From an uncultured virus (IMG/VR IMGVR_UViG_3300032296_004100) (lineage: Duplodnaviria; Heunggongvirae; Uroviricota; Caudoviricetes), in IMG/VR virus record IMGVR_UViG_3300032296_004100: a stretch of DNA of 64,000 bases; one strand, written 5' to 3'. The position numbers and the translations under genes are program-made. Of this stretch, positions 31,385-41,899 are shown one piece after another. The notes under the pieces were generated by a model, which was not told the origin of the DNA, searched no databases, and saw nothing but the letters and a program-made list of their open reading frames with translations. Position 1 is the first letter of the stretch. Every line of letters begins with the position of its first letter.

Positions 31385-32110
31385 ATGAGAAAAAAACCAT
31401 CTCCAACACCATCTTACATGGTACAAGAAACCTCTAAAACCAAAAAGGAAATTATCGGCTCTATTTTAAAGAAAAAAACAAAAGAAAAGTTTTTAACTGA
31501 AAGTCAAAAAGAATATTATAAAAAATTAAACGAAGCGCAGATAACAATTTGTGCAGGTCCTGCTGGTGTTGGAAAAAGTTACATAGCCATGAAAGCGGCA
31601 ATTGACTTGTTGGTAGACCCTTTGAGTCCTTATGAAAAAATTATTATTGTTCGACCTGCAGTTGAGGCGGAAGAAAAACTTGGTTCACTACCAGGTAATG
31701 TTGAAGAAAAACTCGACCCATACATTTTCCCAACATACTACCTCCTTAATAAAATTATCGGTAAAGATGCAAGAGAAAAATTGAAGGAGCTTGAAGTCAT
31801 CGAAGTTTTCGCTCTTGCATATATGAGAGGGATGAACATTGATAACTCAATTTTAATTTTTGAGGAAGCTCAAAACTCCACACCAAATCAAATGAAACTT
31901 CTTTTAACAAGAATTGGTTTTAATTCCAAATTCTTTATTTCGGGTGATTTGGAACAAACAGACCGATACAAAGACAAAACACATTCAGGTCTCTATGATG
32001 CAATTACTCGATTTAAATCGGTTGACTCAATCTTGTGTCATGAGTTTAGTCAATCAGATGTTGTTAGAAATTCATTAATAACAAAAATCTTAGAAAAATA
32101 CGACCAATGA
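31385..32110 (+). CDS. phoH: PhoH-family ATPase
   Basis: GPAGVGKS, RPAVEAEEKLG.LPG, AYMRG, EAQN and GDLEQTD. Confidence 0.92.
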   Translation: MRKKPSPTPSYMVQETSKTKKEIIGSILKKKTKEKFLTESQKEYYKKLNEAQITICAGPAGVGKSYIAMKAAIDLLVDPLSPYEKIIIVRPAVEAEEKLGSLPGNVEEKLDPYIFPTYYLLNKIIGKDAREKLKELEVIEVFALAYMRGMNIDNSILIFEEAQNSTPNQMKLLLTRIGFNSKFFISGDLEQTDRYKDKTHSGLYDAITRFKSVDSILCHEFSQSDVVRNSLITKILEKYDQ

Positions 32111-32706
32111 AAATTGCAATAGAAATCAACGGTGTTCTAAGAGATACCGTTAAAAAAATTGAACAGGTATACGAAAAGTTTTATGTTGAGAATATTCTCA
32201 ATGAAAAAAGAGATTTTGAGTACGAGATTCTTTCACCAATAACTTCATTGAGATTACAAGACCATCTAAAGTTCAGAGACAACGACGAACTTTATGATTT
32301 TCTTTATACCGAACATTGTATGGAAATCTTCGGACACGCATCGTCAACTGAATACAGTACTTTTATCGACTTAAATGATTTCTATGTGGACATGAGGGAC
32401 AACCACGATATCATACTTATTTCTGATGAAATTGGAAAGTCGAAACCCGCAACATTATTTTTCCTTTCCAAGTTTGGTTGCCAGATAGAAAAAATCGTTT
32501 TCTATAGCCAATTTACTCTACAAACAGTTTGGAACGAAATAGACCTTTTACTTACGGCAAATCCCGACTTATTATTAAATCATCCTACAGATAAAAAAAT
32601 TATCAAGTATAATACAAACTATAACACTAATATAACAGATTTACCGAACATTGATAATATCAAAGAACTTAAAAATTTAATAGAAAATGATACCAATTTG
32701 GAATGA
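32107..32706 (+). CDS. HAD-fold (5'(3')-nucleotidase-like) protein with degenerate motif I
   Basis: KIAIEINGVLRD corresponds to the usual IAIDxDGVL.D. Confidence 0.5.
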   Translation: MKIAIEINGVLRDTVKKIEQVYEKFYVENILNEKRDFEYEILSPITSLRLQDHLKFRDNDELYDFLYTEHCMEIFGHASSTEYSTFIDLNDFYVDMRDNHDIILISDEIGKSKPATLFFLSKFGCQIEKIVFYSQFTLQTVWNEIDLLLTANPDLLLNHPTDKKIIKYNTNYNTNITDLPNIDNIKELKNLIENDTNLE

Positions 32707-32965
32707 AAATTACTACATCGATTTAGAAAGAATCGAAGAATTCATTGATTTAACTAATGTTATCAATGAAGAGCTCAGTGGTAACACTAACGAACATAAA
32801 ATTAATGTTGTCAAGTTTGAAATGGTAAAGATGATGTTAGAGGTCATTATGACTGAACATCCTGAAGGTGATGAAAAACTCGGAATTAAAAATTCAGAAT
32901 TATCCATACCATTTAGATTAGCGTTTAACTCGTTACTAAATAAAAAAATTATTAACAAATATTAA
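32687..32965 (+). CDS. Hypothetical protein
   Basis: 92-aa ORF overlapping the upstream gene and tightly spaced with the next. Confidence 0.6.
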   Translation: MIPIWNENYYIDLERIEEFIDLTNVINEELSGNTNEHKINVVKFEMVKMMLEVIMTEHPEGDEKLGIKNSELSIPFRLAFNSLLNKKIINKY

Positions 32966-32966
32966 A

Positions 32967-34022
32967 ATGGACCAACCACAAATAGACAAAGTCAAACTTT
33001 CGATTAGTAATCTAAGAGAGAAAAAATCAAAACTATATTTTTTCATTCACGATACTAAAGGTAATGCCAAATCCTCTATCAAATACATTTATGATTTGGC
33101 ATTCACACTTAAACGCAGTGGATTTAATTCAATTATCCTACATGAGAAACCCGATTATACAGGAGTTGGTTCATGGTTGGGTGAGGAATACATGACTGAG
33201 ATTCCACACCAAGTAATCGATGGGCAAAATGTTGAAATTGCACCTGAAGATTTCTTGATTGTCCCCGAAATTTTTGGTTTTATGATGGACCAAGTTAAAA
33301 ACCTACCTTGTGGTAAAATTGTGTTGACACAGTCTTATGCATATATGTTGGAAACTCTTCAACCTGGTCAGACTTGGAATCAGTATGGATTCTTTAAAAC
33401 CATTACCACATCTGAAGTACAAAAAGATTACATCAATAAAGTAATGAGAGGTCAATCCTATGATATCATCGAACCATTTATTTCTGATATTTTCAAAAAA
33501 AGAAATTTACCACCACTACCTATTATTGGTATTCACTCGAGAGAACAAGAAGACACTATCAATCTTATCAAAACATTTTATCTAAGATTTCCACAATACA
33601 GATGGTTTACCTTCCGTGATTTGAGGGGTCTTTCTCAAGAAGAGTTTGCCAATGCAATTTCAGAGTGTTTCGTTTCAGTTTGGATTGACAGACAAAGTGC
33701 TTACGGTACTTTCCCATTAGAATCGATGAAAGTAGGTGTTCCAGTAATTGGTATTACACCCAACTTGGTCCCTGAGTGGATGAATGAAAATAACGGAATT
33801 TGGATAAAGGATGAAATTCTTCTATCAGACATTATTGCTGATTGGACCCAAAATTGGTTGGAAGATAACATTTCTGAAGAAATGTATACGAATATGCAAG
33901 AAACTGTCGATAAACTTCCGACAAAAGAACAGTTTGAAAATAAAACCATAGATTTATTCACAGAATATCTCGAATTAAGAGCACAATCTATGGAAGAACA
34001 AATCTCTAAATTTAACGATTAA
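32967..34022 (+). CDS. GT-B glycosyltransferase-like protein
   Basis: DFLIVPE and C-terminal AYGTFPLESMKVGVPVIG (GT4-like EGFGLP.LEAM motif). Confidence 0.7.
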   Translation: MDQPQIDKVKLSISNLREKKSKLYFFIHDTKGNAKSSIKYIYDLAFTLKRSGFNSIILHEKPDYTGVGSWLGEEYMTEIPHQVIDGQNVEIAPEDFLIVPEIFGFMMDQVKNLPCGKIVLTQSYAYMLETLQPGQTWNQYGFFKTITTSEVQKDYINKVMRGQSYDIIEPFISDIFKKRNLPPLPIIGIHSREQEDTINLIKTFYLRFPQYRWFTFRDLRGLSQEEFANAISECFVSVWIDRQSAYGTFPLESMKVGVPVIGITPNLVPEWMNENNGIWIKDEILLSDIIADWTQNWLEDNISEEMYTNMQETVDKLPTKEQFENKTIDLFTEYLELRAQSMEEQISKFND

Positions 34023-34024
34023 TT

Positions 34025-34831
34025 ATGAACACACCTTTAGACATTACAATTGTATTACCAATTAAATCTGCGGTATCCCGAGATTTCGAAGATTACTTCG
34101 AAAAAGCGATTACATCGATAAAGAATCAAAAAGTATCTGTAAAAGAACTATTGATTGTTGCTACAACAGAAGAAAAATTAAACAATTATGTTGATGGATT
34201 CGATTTTGGGGAAATTAATATGAGAAAAATTGTTTGGGACAAGGAAGCCACCTTTGCATCTCAAGTTAACTTTGGTATCGAAAATGCAACTACAAAATGG
34301 GTTTCATTTTTTGAGTTTGATGATGAATACTCAACAATTTGGTTTGACAATGTTCGTAAGTACATGGGATATTACCCAATGGTACAGGCATTCCTACCAG
34401 TTGTTGTTGATACCGATGAAAAAGGTACCTTCGCTGGTTTTACAAATGAAGCGGTATTTGCTGCAAACTTCGCACAAGAAGTTGGTTTTTTGACTAATGA
34501 TATCCTTCAAGACTATCAAAATTTCCAAACCTCGGGTATGGTTATTCGTAAAGATGTTATTGATGATTTTGGTGGTTTTAAATCATCAATCAAATTGACT
34601 TTTGTATATGAGTTCTTACTTAGACTTACATACAATTCTACATCAATTATGACAATTCCAAAACTTGGATACAAACACACCAATATGAGAGAGGGTTCTC
34701 TATTTTGGAATTACAAATTCGGTCAAGAAAAAATGTTGGATGAAGAAGTTAAGTTTTGGGTTCAATCGGCAAAAAAAGAGTACTTCTTCAAAGAAGATAG
34801 AACAATAAATTTCCAAGCAAGTAATGATTGA
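34025..34831 (+). CDS. GT2-like glycosyltransferase
   Basis: ITIVLP, AITSI.NQ, NFGI.NA...WV.F.EFDD, GGF and EFLLRL. Confidence 0.75.
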   Translation: MNTPLDITIVLPIKSAVSRDFEDYFEKAITSIKNQKVSVKELLIVATTEEKLNNYVDGFDFGEINMRKIVWDKEATFASQVNFGIENATTKWVSFFEFDDEYSTIWFDNVRKYMGYYPMVQAFLPVVVDTDEKGTFAGFTNEAVFAANFAQEVGFLTNDILQDYQNFQTSGMVIRKDVIDDFGGFKSSIKLTFVYEFLLRLTYNSTSIMTIPKLGYKHTNMREGSLFWNYKFGQEKMLDEEVKFWVQSAKKEYFFKEDRTINFQASND

Positions 34832-35577
34832 TGTTAGAAACATTAACGGCAAATACCGAAGATGTTTCATCAAAAAAAAGGGGTAGAAAGGCAACTACTA
34901 CCAACTATTTTGATGTTCGAGAGGAAGATGCGGTAAAAGCCTTCCTTTTAGAGGAAGACTATGAGGAAAGAAATAAGATTTATAATGAATTTTTAAAAGA
35001 CCCTTTGGATAAAATGATTTCATCAATTATCCGAAGGTATAAATTATATCGTAAAGATATGGATTTCAGAGAAATTCATGTGGATACTCATTCATTTTTA
35101 ATAACTAAAGTTGATAAGTTTCAACCAGCAAAAAACAAAAAGGCATATTCCTATTTTGGCACTATTTGTAAGAATTATTTGATGGGTCAAATCATCAAAG
35201 ACCAAAAAGATATGAATCGAAAAGTTTCGTATGAAGATATTTCACTTTCATTGGAACAAAGACCTGATATGATTTATACTATTGATTCCGACCAACTTGA
35301 TATGGAGGTTGTAATCAAGAAATATTTGAATGATTTAAGAGAATTCATTAATTCAGAATCTTTGTCCGACAACGAAGTTAAATTGGGATATGCCTTAATA
35401 GACCTATTCGAAAACTACGAAAGTATTTTTTCAAGTACTGACAATAACAAATTCAACAAAAATATTATTCTTCTGTCTCTGAGAGAAATGACAAATTTAT
35501 CAACAAAGGAGATAAGAAATTCGATGAAAAAGTTCAAAAAGTTGTATACTGTTCTACAAACAAAGATGAAATATTAA
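34831..35577 (+). CDS. Phage sigma factor (T4 gp55-like late sigma)
   Basis: Region-2-like KVDKFQPAKNKKAYSYFGTICKNYL; TGATG coupling to the upstream gene. Confidence 0.7.
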   Translation: MLETLTANTEDVSSKKRGRKATTTNYFDVREEDAVKAFLLEEDYEERNKIYNEFLKDPLDKMISSIIRRYKLYRKDMDFREIHVDTHSFLITKVDKFQPAKNKKAYSYFGTICKNYLMGQIIKDQKDMNRKVSYEDISLSLEQRPDMIYTIDSDQLDMEVVIKKYLNDLREFINSESLSDNEVKLGYALIDLFENYESIFSSTDNNKFNKNIILLSLREMTNLSTKEIRNSMKKFKKLYTVLQTKMKY

Positions 35578-35623
35578 CTTTTCGTTTTTTTAAGTGATAT
35601 TATAGTTAATACTATTTATAAGT

Positions 35624-35989
35624 ATGCCAAGACCGCAACGAAAAGAAATTAAATTTTCCAAGGACTCAATTTTGTCTTTGATGCAAGAGATTTACAATGA
35701 ACTTGTAGAACAAAGAAACACTGCCATAAGGATTCAAAACAAAATGATATCTATGATGAAAGACGCCGAGGATATGAAAGAAATTGGAACTGTGTTAGAA
35801 AAACAACAAAAAATTGTTAATGATTGTGTAGAGAAAAAAATTAGTCTATCTCGACTACAAAGTTCGATTTGGGAAAAAACTACCAATCAAGAAGAGTCTT
35901 TCTCACTTTCAGATATGGATGATGATTTATTTGAAAAACTTTTAGAAAAGGATTCCGATGTTTCGGATGAACCAAAATATCGAATGTAA
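35624..35989 (+). CDS. Hypothetical coiled-coil protein
   Basis: 121 aa; TATTTATA 3 nt upstream of the ATG. Confidence 0.6.
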   Translation: MPRPQRKEIKFSKDSILSLMQEIYNELVEQRNTAIRIQNKMISMMKDAEDMKEIGTVLEKQQKIVNDCVEKKISLSRLQSSIWEKTTNQEESFSLSDMDDDLFEKLLEKDSDVSDEPKYRM

Positions 35990-35994
35990 TATCC

Positions 35995-38151
35995 ATGCCA
36001 ATATTCGACAATCAATCTATAGACATCTCAAGTGGCTTTGAAAGTATCTCATCAAGGATATCAGCGCTTCAAGCCTACAATGAAGCTCGTCAAGGTCAAA
36101 TAGAGAGTGATAAAACTCGAGGAGACAGTTTAGCCCGTTCGTTAGAAATATTGGCAGGACAAAAGTCATCGGTTGAGGCAAATCAGTCAAGAAATAAAAG
36201 AAATCAAGAATCGAGTTTCGATAAATTAATTTCTTTGATTAATCAAAGTACTTCAGGTTCAACATTCTCAAGTACTAATGCACTTATTAGAAAAGAACTT
36301 TTAGGATTGGTTTTTAAAATGAAAGACGAGATAAAAAAAATTATTTCCGAGGAAGCTTTTAAAGTACTCAACTGTGCACAACAAGAAACTTATCAAGGAT
36401 TTCCAACCTCACTTCTTGCTACTGGTTCAACATTTTCACTTTTACCACAACAAGATGGAATTTATGTAAAGGTAAGTGAGGTTGATTTTAATAGTTCGTT
36501 AAAGATAAAACCACAAACTGAGATAGGTAAATTATACTACGAAACCACCGGTATAACATCCTTGGCGGTTTACAATAACTATGCTGGTAGACAACCTTTT
36601 CCAATGAACTTTGAACTCAATCAAAGGATTCAACAACAAAATACTACCTTCCGTGATGAATTCTCAGTTCCTTATAATGGTCGAAGTAGACAAGGTGTTT
36701 TTGATATTGAGTACACCACACAAGATAGTTTTGGGGCAACGGGTGACTATTTTCGAGTTTTTTTGTTAGATAGAGAAGGTACAACCCCACCCCCCACAGG
36801 AGGCACCGTCAGTCAGTTACTATATTCTGCAAATACAATTGCAGATTCGTTGGGTGATTACTACCAATCAATTGAAATATACAACTCTAAAATATTTTTG
36901 GGTAATTTATTAAATTTGGTTTCGGGTACTCTTTCACAATCCCTTTCAATTCAACAAATTGAAAATCAAAATAGATTTGTGACGATTCTTAATAGAATTA
37001 TCGGAAGATGTGAACCAGGTCAAAGTGAAATTGATGTTTCAGGTGTTGCTAAACTTTCGGAGTTAGACTTAGATGATGATGAATTTTTCACATTTACAGA
37101 AACAGAATTAAACGATATTAACGCAGAATCTGTAAATCAAAAACAAGGGGTAATTGAATTTATAGATTGTGATACGGTAAAACTCCCAATAAATAATAGT
37201 ATCTTACTTCAAGAGGCACAAAATCTTGCAGATAACATAGACAACCTTAGTGTCGAACAACAGGTTGTTGAGATTGATAGAATTTTAGATTCAATAACCC
37301 AAGAGTTTTCACAAACCGGTTTTGGTGGTGTTTCGTTCAATGCTACCAACCCGTTTAACGAAAGTCTGTTAAAAAAAATTCTGTTGGCTTTATTATCATC
37401 ACTTTTCACTCCCAAGGTCTTACTACCAATTTTTGTTTTCAAACAATATCTTAACAACCAAGTTGTAGGATTTGCAAACACACTTATTACATCCGCTAAC
37501 ACGATAATTACCTCAGCAAATACCTTAATTAATTCCGCAAACACAATTAATAATATAATTGCAGCCCAAATTAATAATGGTGTCGATTTTGCTCGCCAAT
37601 ACAAAAAGTTTGTATTCAATGTTGTGGGGAGAATCGTGAATAGATTTTTGGAACTTCTCTTTAATATGTTGAAGAAAAACCTTTTGAAACTTCTTAGAGA
37701 AATTTTGAGAGATATTGCTCGTACAAGCAAGAATGCAAAACTCAAAGCTATTAATGCAATATTGGACTATGCCCAACCCCTAATACAAGGGTTTTTAAAC
37801 TACAGAGAATGTAAGTCTTTAATACAACAAATTCAAAGAATCATTTCCCTACTTAGAGGTACACCAAGAACTCCACCATCAGGGGTTAATTTGGCACTTT
37901 TAGCTTTGTCAGATTTTCTTCCAGGTATAAGTCCCGAAAGGGGTGTCTTGAATTCCATTGAATATATGGAGGCGTACGGACTTAAAGTAGGCCCGTTACC
38001 TGATGGTTCACCAAACAGAATAATAAGATTTACAACGGCAATACAAAAAGGTGGTTACGACGAATTTATTCAAAATGGAAAAATAAATGGTGGTGTGATT
38101 GTACCACCAATAACTGGGGGTATTGTTAAAATTTTTGGTAAAGCATTTTGA
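35995..38151 (+). CDS. Large putative structural (baseplate/tail-associated) protein
   Basis: 718 aa, located near the gp5-like gene; SANT heptad repeats. Confidence 0.5.
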   Translation: MPIFDNQSIDISSGFESISSRISALQAYNEARQGQIESDKTRGDSLARSLEILAGQKSSVEANQSRNKRNQESSFDKLISLINQSTSGSTFSSTNALIRKELLGLVFKMKDEIKKIISEEAFKVLNCAQQETYQGFPTSLLATGSTFSLLPQQDGIYVKVSEVDFNSSLKIKPQTEIGKLYYETTGITSLAVYNNYAGRQPFPMNFELNQRIQQQNTTFRDEFSVPYNGRSRQGVFDIEYTTQDSFGATGDYFRVFLLDREGTTPPPTGGTVSQLLYSANTIADSLGDYYQSIEIYNSKIFLGNLLNLVSGTLSQSLSIQQIENQNRFVTILNRIIGRCEPGQSEIDVSGVAKLSELDLDDDEFFTFTETELNDINAESVNQKQGVIEFIDCDTVKLPINNSILLQEAQNLADNIDNLSVEQQVVEIDRILDSITQEFSQTGFGGVSFNATNPFNESLLKKILLALLSSLFTPKVLLPIFVFKQYLNNQVVGFANTLITSANTIITSANTLINSANTINNIIAAQINNGVDFARQYKKFVFNVVGRIVNRFLELLFNMLKKNLLKLLREILRDIARTSKNAKLKAINAILDYAQPLIQGFLNYRECKSLIQQIQRIISLLRGTPRTPPSGVNLALLALSDFLPGISPERGVLNSIEYMEAYGLKVGPLPDGSPNRIIRFTTAIQKGGYDEFIQNGKINGGVIVPPITGGIVKIFGKAF

Positions 38152-38152
38152 T

Positions 38153-38362
38153 ATGACACAAGAAGAATTTAAAATATTAGTGGAGGTTGCAAAAGACGCA
38201 AAGAATGTTCCCAATATGAGGTTAGAACAGACCATGGACCAATTATCAAAGGAATTTGAAACAACAAAACAGAGTATTTTGGGGTTAAGTTTTTATTTGG
38301 ACAAAATTGAGGAACTGTATAACACAATGTTAAAAGAGTACCAAGAAAGAAATGGCGAGTAG
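38153..38362 (+). CDS. Hypothetical protein
   Basis: MTQEEF...; ATG 1 nt after the upstream stop. Confidence 0.6.
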   Translation: MTQEEFKILVEVAKDAKNVPNMRLEQTMDQLSKEFETTKQSILGLSFYLDKIEELYNTMLKEYQERNGE

Positions 38363-39851
38363 AATTTGGTTTTATGCCGTAGTAATTGATAATCAAGACC
38401 CCCTTAACTTGGGTAGAGTCCGAGCAAATCTGCTTACTGACGATGTCAGTGCTATCAAAAAAAGTTATGATGGTTTTGGTCCTCAAGACTATTGGACAGC
38501 AAAAGACCCTTTTGTATTTAATTCACTTTTACCACTTTATGTTTGGACCGTACCGAAAGTTGATGAGTTAATCCAAATCTATTATCACGAGCCAGAAACG
38601 ACTCAGTTTCTCAACGCATACTACATCCAAGGACCTTTCAACAGGATACAGAATATAGTACAAGAAAACTTTAATGAATCTCAAAAGTACACCGATATCT
38701 CAGGGGTTCAAATCATTGGGGCTCAGAATTTAAGAAATCCTGATGGCACCTACAAAAATCCTGACCCTGATGGAGTATTTCCTGACCCAGGTGATGTGGC
38801 CGTATTAGGTAGAGGTAGTACCGATATTATTTTTAAAGAACATACAACCCTTATAAGGGCTGGAAAATATTCAGGTGAGTTAGTATCAAACCGAGACCCC
38901 AAAGGAAACAAGAACAGAGCATTTATTCAACTGAGCAAATTTCAGAACAAAACATCAATTGGGGATACTGTAAGACAAGCCGACATTGGTATTCAAAACT
39001 TACAGGTAAATTACCTTATAGAGTACGATATCAACAACCCTGAGAATACATTCAACCTTTTTAACGGAACAATCCGTCTTTATAGACTCATACCCAACAC
39101 AGCAACCACATCTCAGAATCTAAAGGTAGATTCCGATGTTGAACAATATAAGTTTATCAAAGCTTCTCAGAGTTTTAGTTTTTTAAATTTAGACAACACC
39201 ATTAAATTTATTAATCAATTCATTAGTGATTGTAATAGTAAATTGAAAACCGAAACAGGTGTTGTATTGTTCAATGTATTGGATGAGAAATTCCCGATGT
39301 ATTTCAGACCATCAATCAATTTCTACAACCAAATGAAAACCACATCACAGAATGTGATTAGACAAAACCTTACAACAATATTTTCAAAGGTTAAACTCAT
39401 CCCCACCGATAAAGTAGGGGGTTATGGTTTGATATTTCAACAAGGAAGAGTCGGAGACCCGATTAAAATTACACCCAAGAGTTTTAGAAAAATCGAAACA
39501 AATGCGTTACCTGAAACCTATGGTTCATTCGGAGCACAACATGTTTACCTCCTTTCCCAACTTTCTCAAATACCGGGAAAAGGAAAAATTAATTTTGACA
39601 ATAGTCTCTACGGAATCGACGAACAAAAATTTTCATTAGAAATTGAACCTAACACCTCAAGTATGGTAAGGGGTGAAGAACTACTTCAACTACTTAATGT
39701 AATTGTAAGGTTCTTAGTTTCACACACCCACGGATTTCCTGGTGAACCCCCAATTTCAATTACCGAGGACGGTTCAACTGTTGACAACCTTATCAGAGAA
39801 CTCAATGACGCATATAATAAAGTATTGAATCAATATATTCGTTTGAATTGA
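38352..39851 (+). CDS. Baseplate hub/spike protein (T4 gp5 N-terminal OB-fold-like)
   Basis: AVVIDNQDPLNLGRVRA, VPKVDE, PGDVAVLGRG, VRGEEL and HTH (spike-tip-like HxH). Confidence 0.7.
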   Translation: MASRIWFYAVVIDNQDPLNLGRVRANLLTDDVSAIKKSYDGFGPQDYWTAKDPFVFNSLLPLYVWTVPKVDELIQIYYHEPETTQFLNAYYIQGPFNRIQNIVQENFNESQKYTDISGVQIIGAQNLRNPDGTYKNPDPDGVFPDPGDVAVLGRGSTDIIFKEHTTLIRAGKYSGELVSNRDPKGNKNRAFIQLSKFQNKTSIGDTVRQADIGIQNLQVNYLIEYDINNPENTFNLFNGTIRLYRLIPNTATTSQNLKVDSDVEQYKFIKASQSFSFLNLDNTIKFINQFISDCNSKLKTETGVVLFNVLDEKFPMYFRPSINFYNQMKTTSQNVIRQNLTTIFSKVKLIPTDKVGGYGLIFQQGRVGDPIKITPKSFRKIETNALPETYGSFGAQHVYLLSQLSQIPGKGKINFDNSLYGIDEQKFSLEIEPNTSSMVRGEELLQLLNVIVRFLVSHTHGFPGEPPISITEDGSTVDNLIRELNDAYNKVLNQYIRLN

Positions 39852-39872
39852 TATTTATAAAGAAAAAGTATA

Positions 39873-41387
39873 ATGTCAATTTATCGGTCGTATTTCAATA
39901 GAAATAATACTTTATTATCGAATCTCTACACCAACACCGCGAGAAACCCCGTGGTACAACTCAATTTTGGTAGTAGTGACCTTGTTGTACCCAATTTTGG
40001 ATTCACCCGTTTTATATTTGATTTGGACTTAGAGGGTCTAGAGGAAATGATTGCCGATAAGGTTATCTCCACAGGTTGTACCACAGGGATGACACACACA
40101 CTTATGATGACAAACACATCATCATTTGACGATGAACTCCTTAACACCAACATGACTGACGGAAGAAAAAGAGCAACATCATTTGATTTAATACTCTTTA
40201 GAATACCAAAATTCTCAGGAACCACAGGTTCACCACAAATATGGGATGAAGGTGTTGGATACGACTATAATGATTTTGGGACAACCCAAAATGGTCTTGC
40301 AGGGATGCAATCATCATTGGAACAACTTAACAATAAAAGTTTTTCTTTAAGACCATCAAACTGGTACCAAACAACTACCGTAACAAATTGGTCTGAACCG
40401 GGAATCTACAACAATACAAACTCCCTTACAGGACTTACAGGTCTTAACTACTCATCAATTACAATTGTAGATGAACAAAGATTTGAATTGGGTAACGAAG
40501 ATATCCAATTTGATATGACCAATGAAATCAACGGAATCTTAAACGGGTCAATAACAGGAGTCACAGGATGGGGTATCGCCTATAAACCCGATATCGAAAA
40601 CATCACAGGTCTAACAGAATCATACTCTGTTGGTTTTTTTGGAAAATATACACAGACATTCTATCAACCATATCTTCTTACCGATTACGATGATTTGATT
40701 AAAGACGACAGAAACCTGTTCCTCAAAAACCAAACAAACAGACTCTACCTTTATGTTTACCAAAATGGTGATTTTGCCAATTTAGATAATCTACCGGGTG
40801 TAAACATAGAAAACCAAAATGGGGACATCGTACAGGGGGGGTCAGGACTTACAACTTGTCAGGTCACAAAAGGTGTGTATGAGGTTACTGTTCCAAATAT
40901 TTTTACCAATCAACCTGTACCATGTTTGTTTTATGATATATGGACAGGTCTTACAATCAACGGACAATCCTTACCTAATGTAACAAACCAATTTGTTCTT
41001 CAAGCCTACAGTGCGGGAATTCAAATAGGTAGTAACTCCCAAGAACCGAGTAAATACGGATTCAGTTTCTACGGTATTTTACAAAATGAAAAAGTACTCA
41101 ATACAGAAATTAGAAAGATTGGAGTTGTTGCTAAGAAACAATGGACTTCCCAACATCAGTTGGAAAACATTGACATTTACTATAGAGTTTATGTGAGAGA
41201 GGGAACTACTGAAGTTCAGGTACAAAATTGGACCCCTGTAAATCGTACTCCTAATGAATATTATTTCATCTTTGATATGAAAGACAAGATTCCAAACGAA
41301 TATTTTGTTGACATCCGAGTGAACACTAGTGGTGAAAAAGATATTTATAAAGACACAATTCAATTTCAAATTGTTAACAAAAAATGA
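39873..41387 (+). CDS. Putative structural protein
   Basis: 504 aa, beta-rich, WDEGVG motif, many [ST]GxT motifs; late motif upstream. Confidence 0.55.
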   Translation: MSIYRSYFNRNNTLLSNLYTNTARNPVVQLNFGSSDLVVPNFGFTRFIFDLDLEGLEEMIADKVISTGCTTGMTHTLMMTNTSSFDDELLNTNMTDGRKRATSFDLILFRIPKFSGTTGSPQIWDEGVGYDYNDFGTTQNGLAGMQSSLEQLNNKSFSLRPSNWYQTTTVTNWSEPGIYNNTNSLTGLTGLNYSSITIVDEQRFELGNEDIQFDMTNEINGILNGSITGVTGWGIAYKPDIENITGLTESYSVGFFGKYTQTFYQPYLLTDYDDLIKDDRNLFLKNQTNRLYLYVYQNGDFANLDNLPGVNIENQNGDIVQGGSGLTTCQVTKGVYEVTVPNIFTNQPVPCLFYDIWTGLTINGQSLPNVTNQFVLQAYSAGIQIGSNSQEPSKYGFSFYGILQNEKVLNTEIRKIGVVAKKQWTSQHQLENIDIYYRVYVREGTTEVQVQNWTPVNRTPNEYYFIFDMKDKIPNEYFVDIRVNTSGEKDIYKDTIQFQIVNKK

Positions 41388-41863
41388 GAAAAGTTATCAG
41401 ACTAACCGAAACAGATATTAAAAATATAGTTCTAAGAGCTTTAAAAGAGGCGGAACATGAACATAACCGTTACATGTTTTTTAGTAACTTAGAGCAACTC
41501 AAAAGACAGGCTGAGAGGTTATTAGAACTTGACTCAGACGAAATACATGCGATTTTAGAGAATGGTCACGATTGGGCAGATGACCATATCACCGTTGCTA
41601 AGGAAAATCTTGACCAAGTATTTGATTTCATGATGAATGAAATTCACGGGGAAGGGGACGAAGACATGATGATTGATGATATTGCTGTCATGGAAGGTAG
41701 GAAAAAAACGGGTACAAAATTATGTGCTCGTGGTAAAGCCGCCGCCAAGGCGAGGTACGACGTATTTCCCAGTGCATATAGTAATGGACACGGAGTACAG
41801 GTTTGTAAAGGGAAGATAAAAGGTCTCGATGGTAAAAAAAGATGTTCAGGAGCCTATTGTTAA
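41384..41863 (+). CDS. Hypothetical probable head-internal protein
   Basis: N-terminal RLTETDIKNIVLRALKE; GHDWADDHI module; C-terminal LCARGKAAAK...PSAY Cys module. Confidence 0.55.
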   Translation: MRKVIRLTETDIKNIVLRALKEAEHEHNRYMFFSNLEQLKRQAERLLELDSDEIHAILENGHDWADDHITVAKENLDQVFDFMMNEIHGEGDEDMMIDDIAVMEGRKKTGTKLCARGKAAAKARYDVFPSAYSNGHGVQVCKGKIKGLDGKKRCSGAYC

Positions 41864-41887
41864 TTTGAAAAGTTTGATTTACCTTTG
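41857..41887 (+). promoter_or_regulatory. Bacteroidota-type housekeeping promoter
   Basis: TTG(41857-59)-N20-TACCTTTG(41880-87) fits -33/-7 TTG...TAnnTTTG. Confidence 0.5.
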
Positions 41888-41899
41888 TTGTCAAATACA

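Noticed and set aside
18702..34831. Bacterial capsule/O-antigen locus (host DNA or prophage flank)
   Set aside because: No flippase, polymerase or export genes; it is interleaved with phage-type exonuclease, dUTPase, PhoH and sigma genes. Modification of host surface or DNA by some of these GTs cannot be excluded.
35624..35989. Terminase small subunit
   Set aside because: Size and helicity fit, but there is no recognisable motif and it is far from TerL; left as hypothetical.
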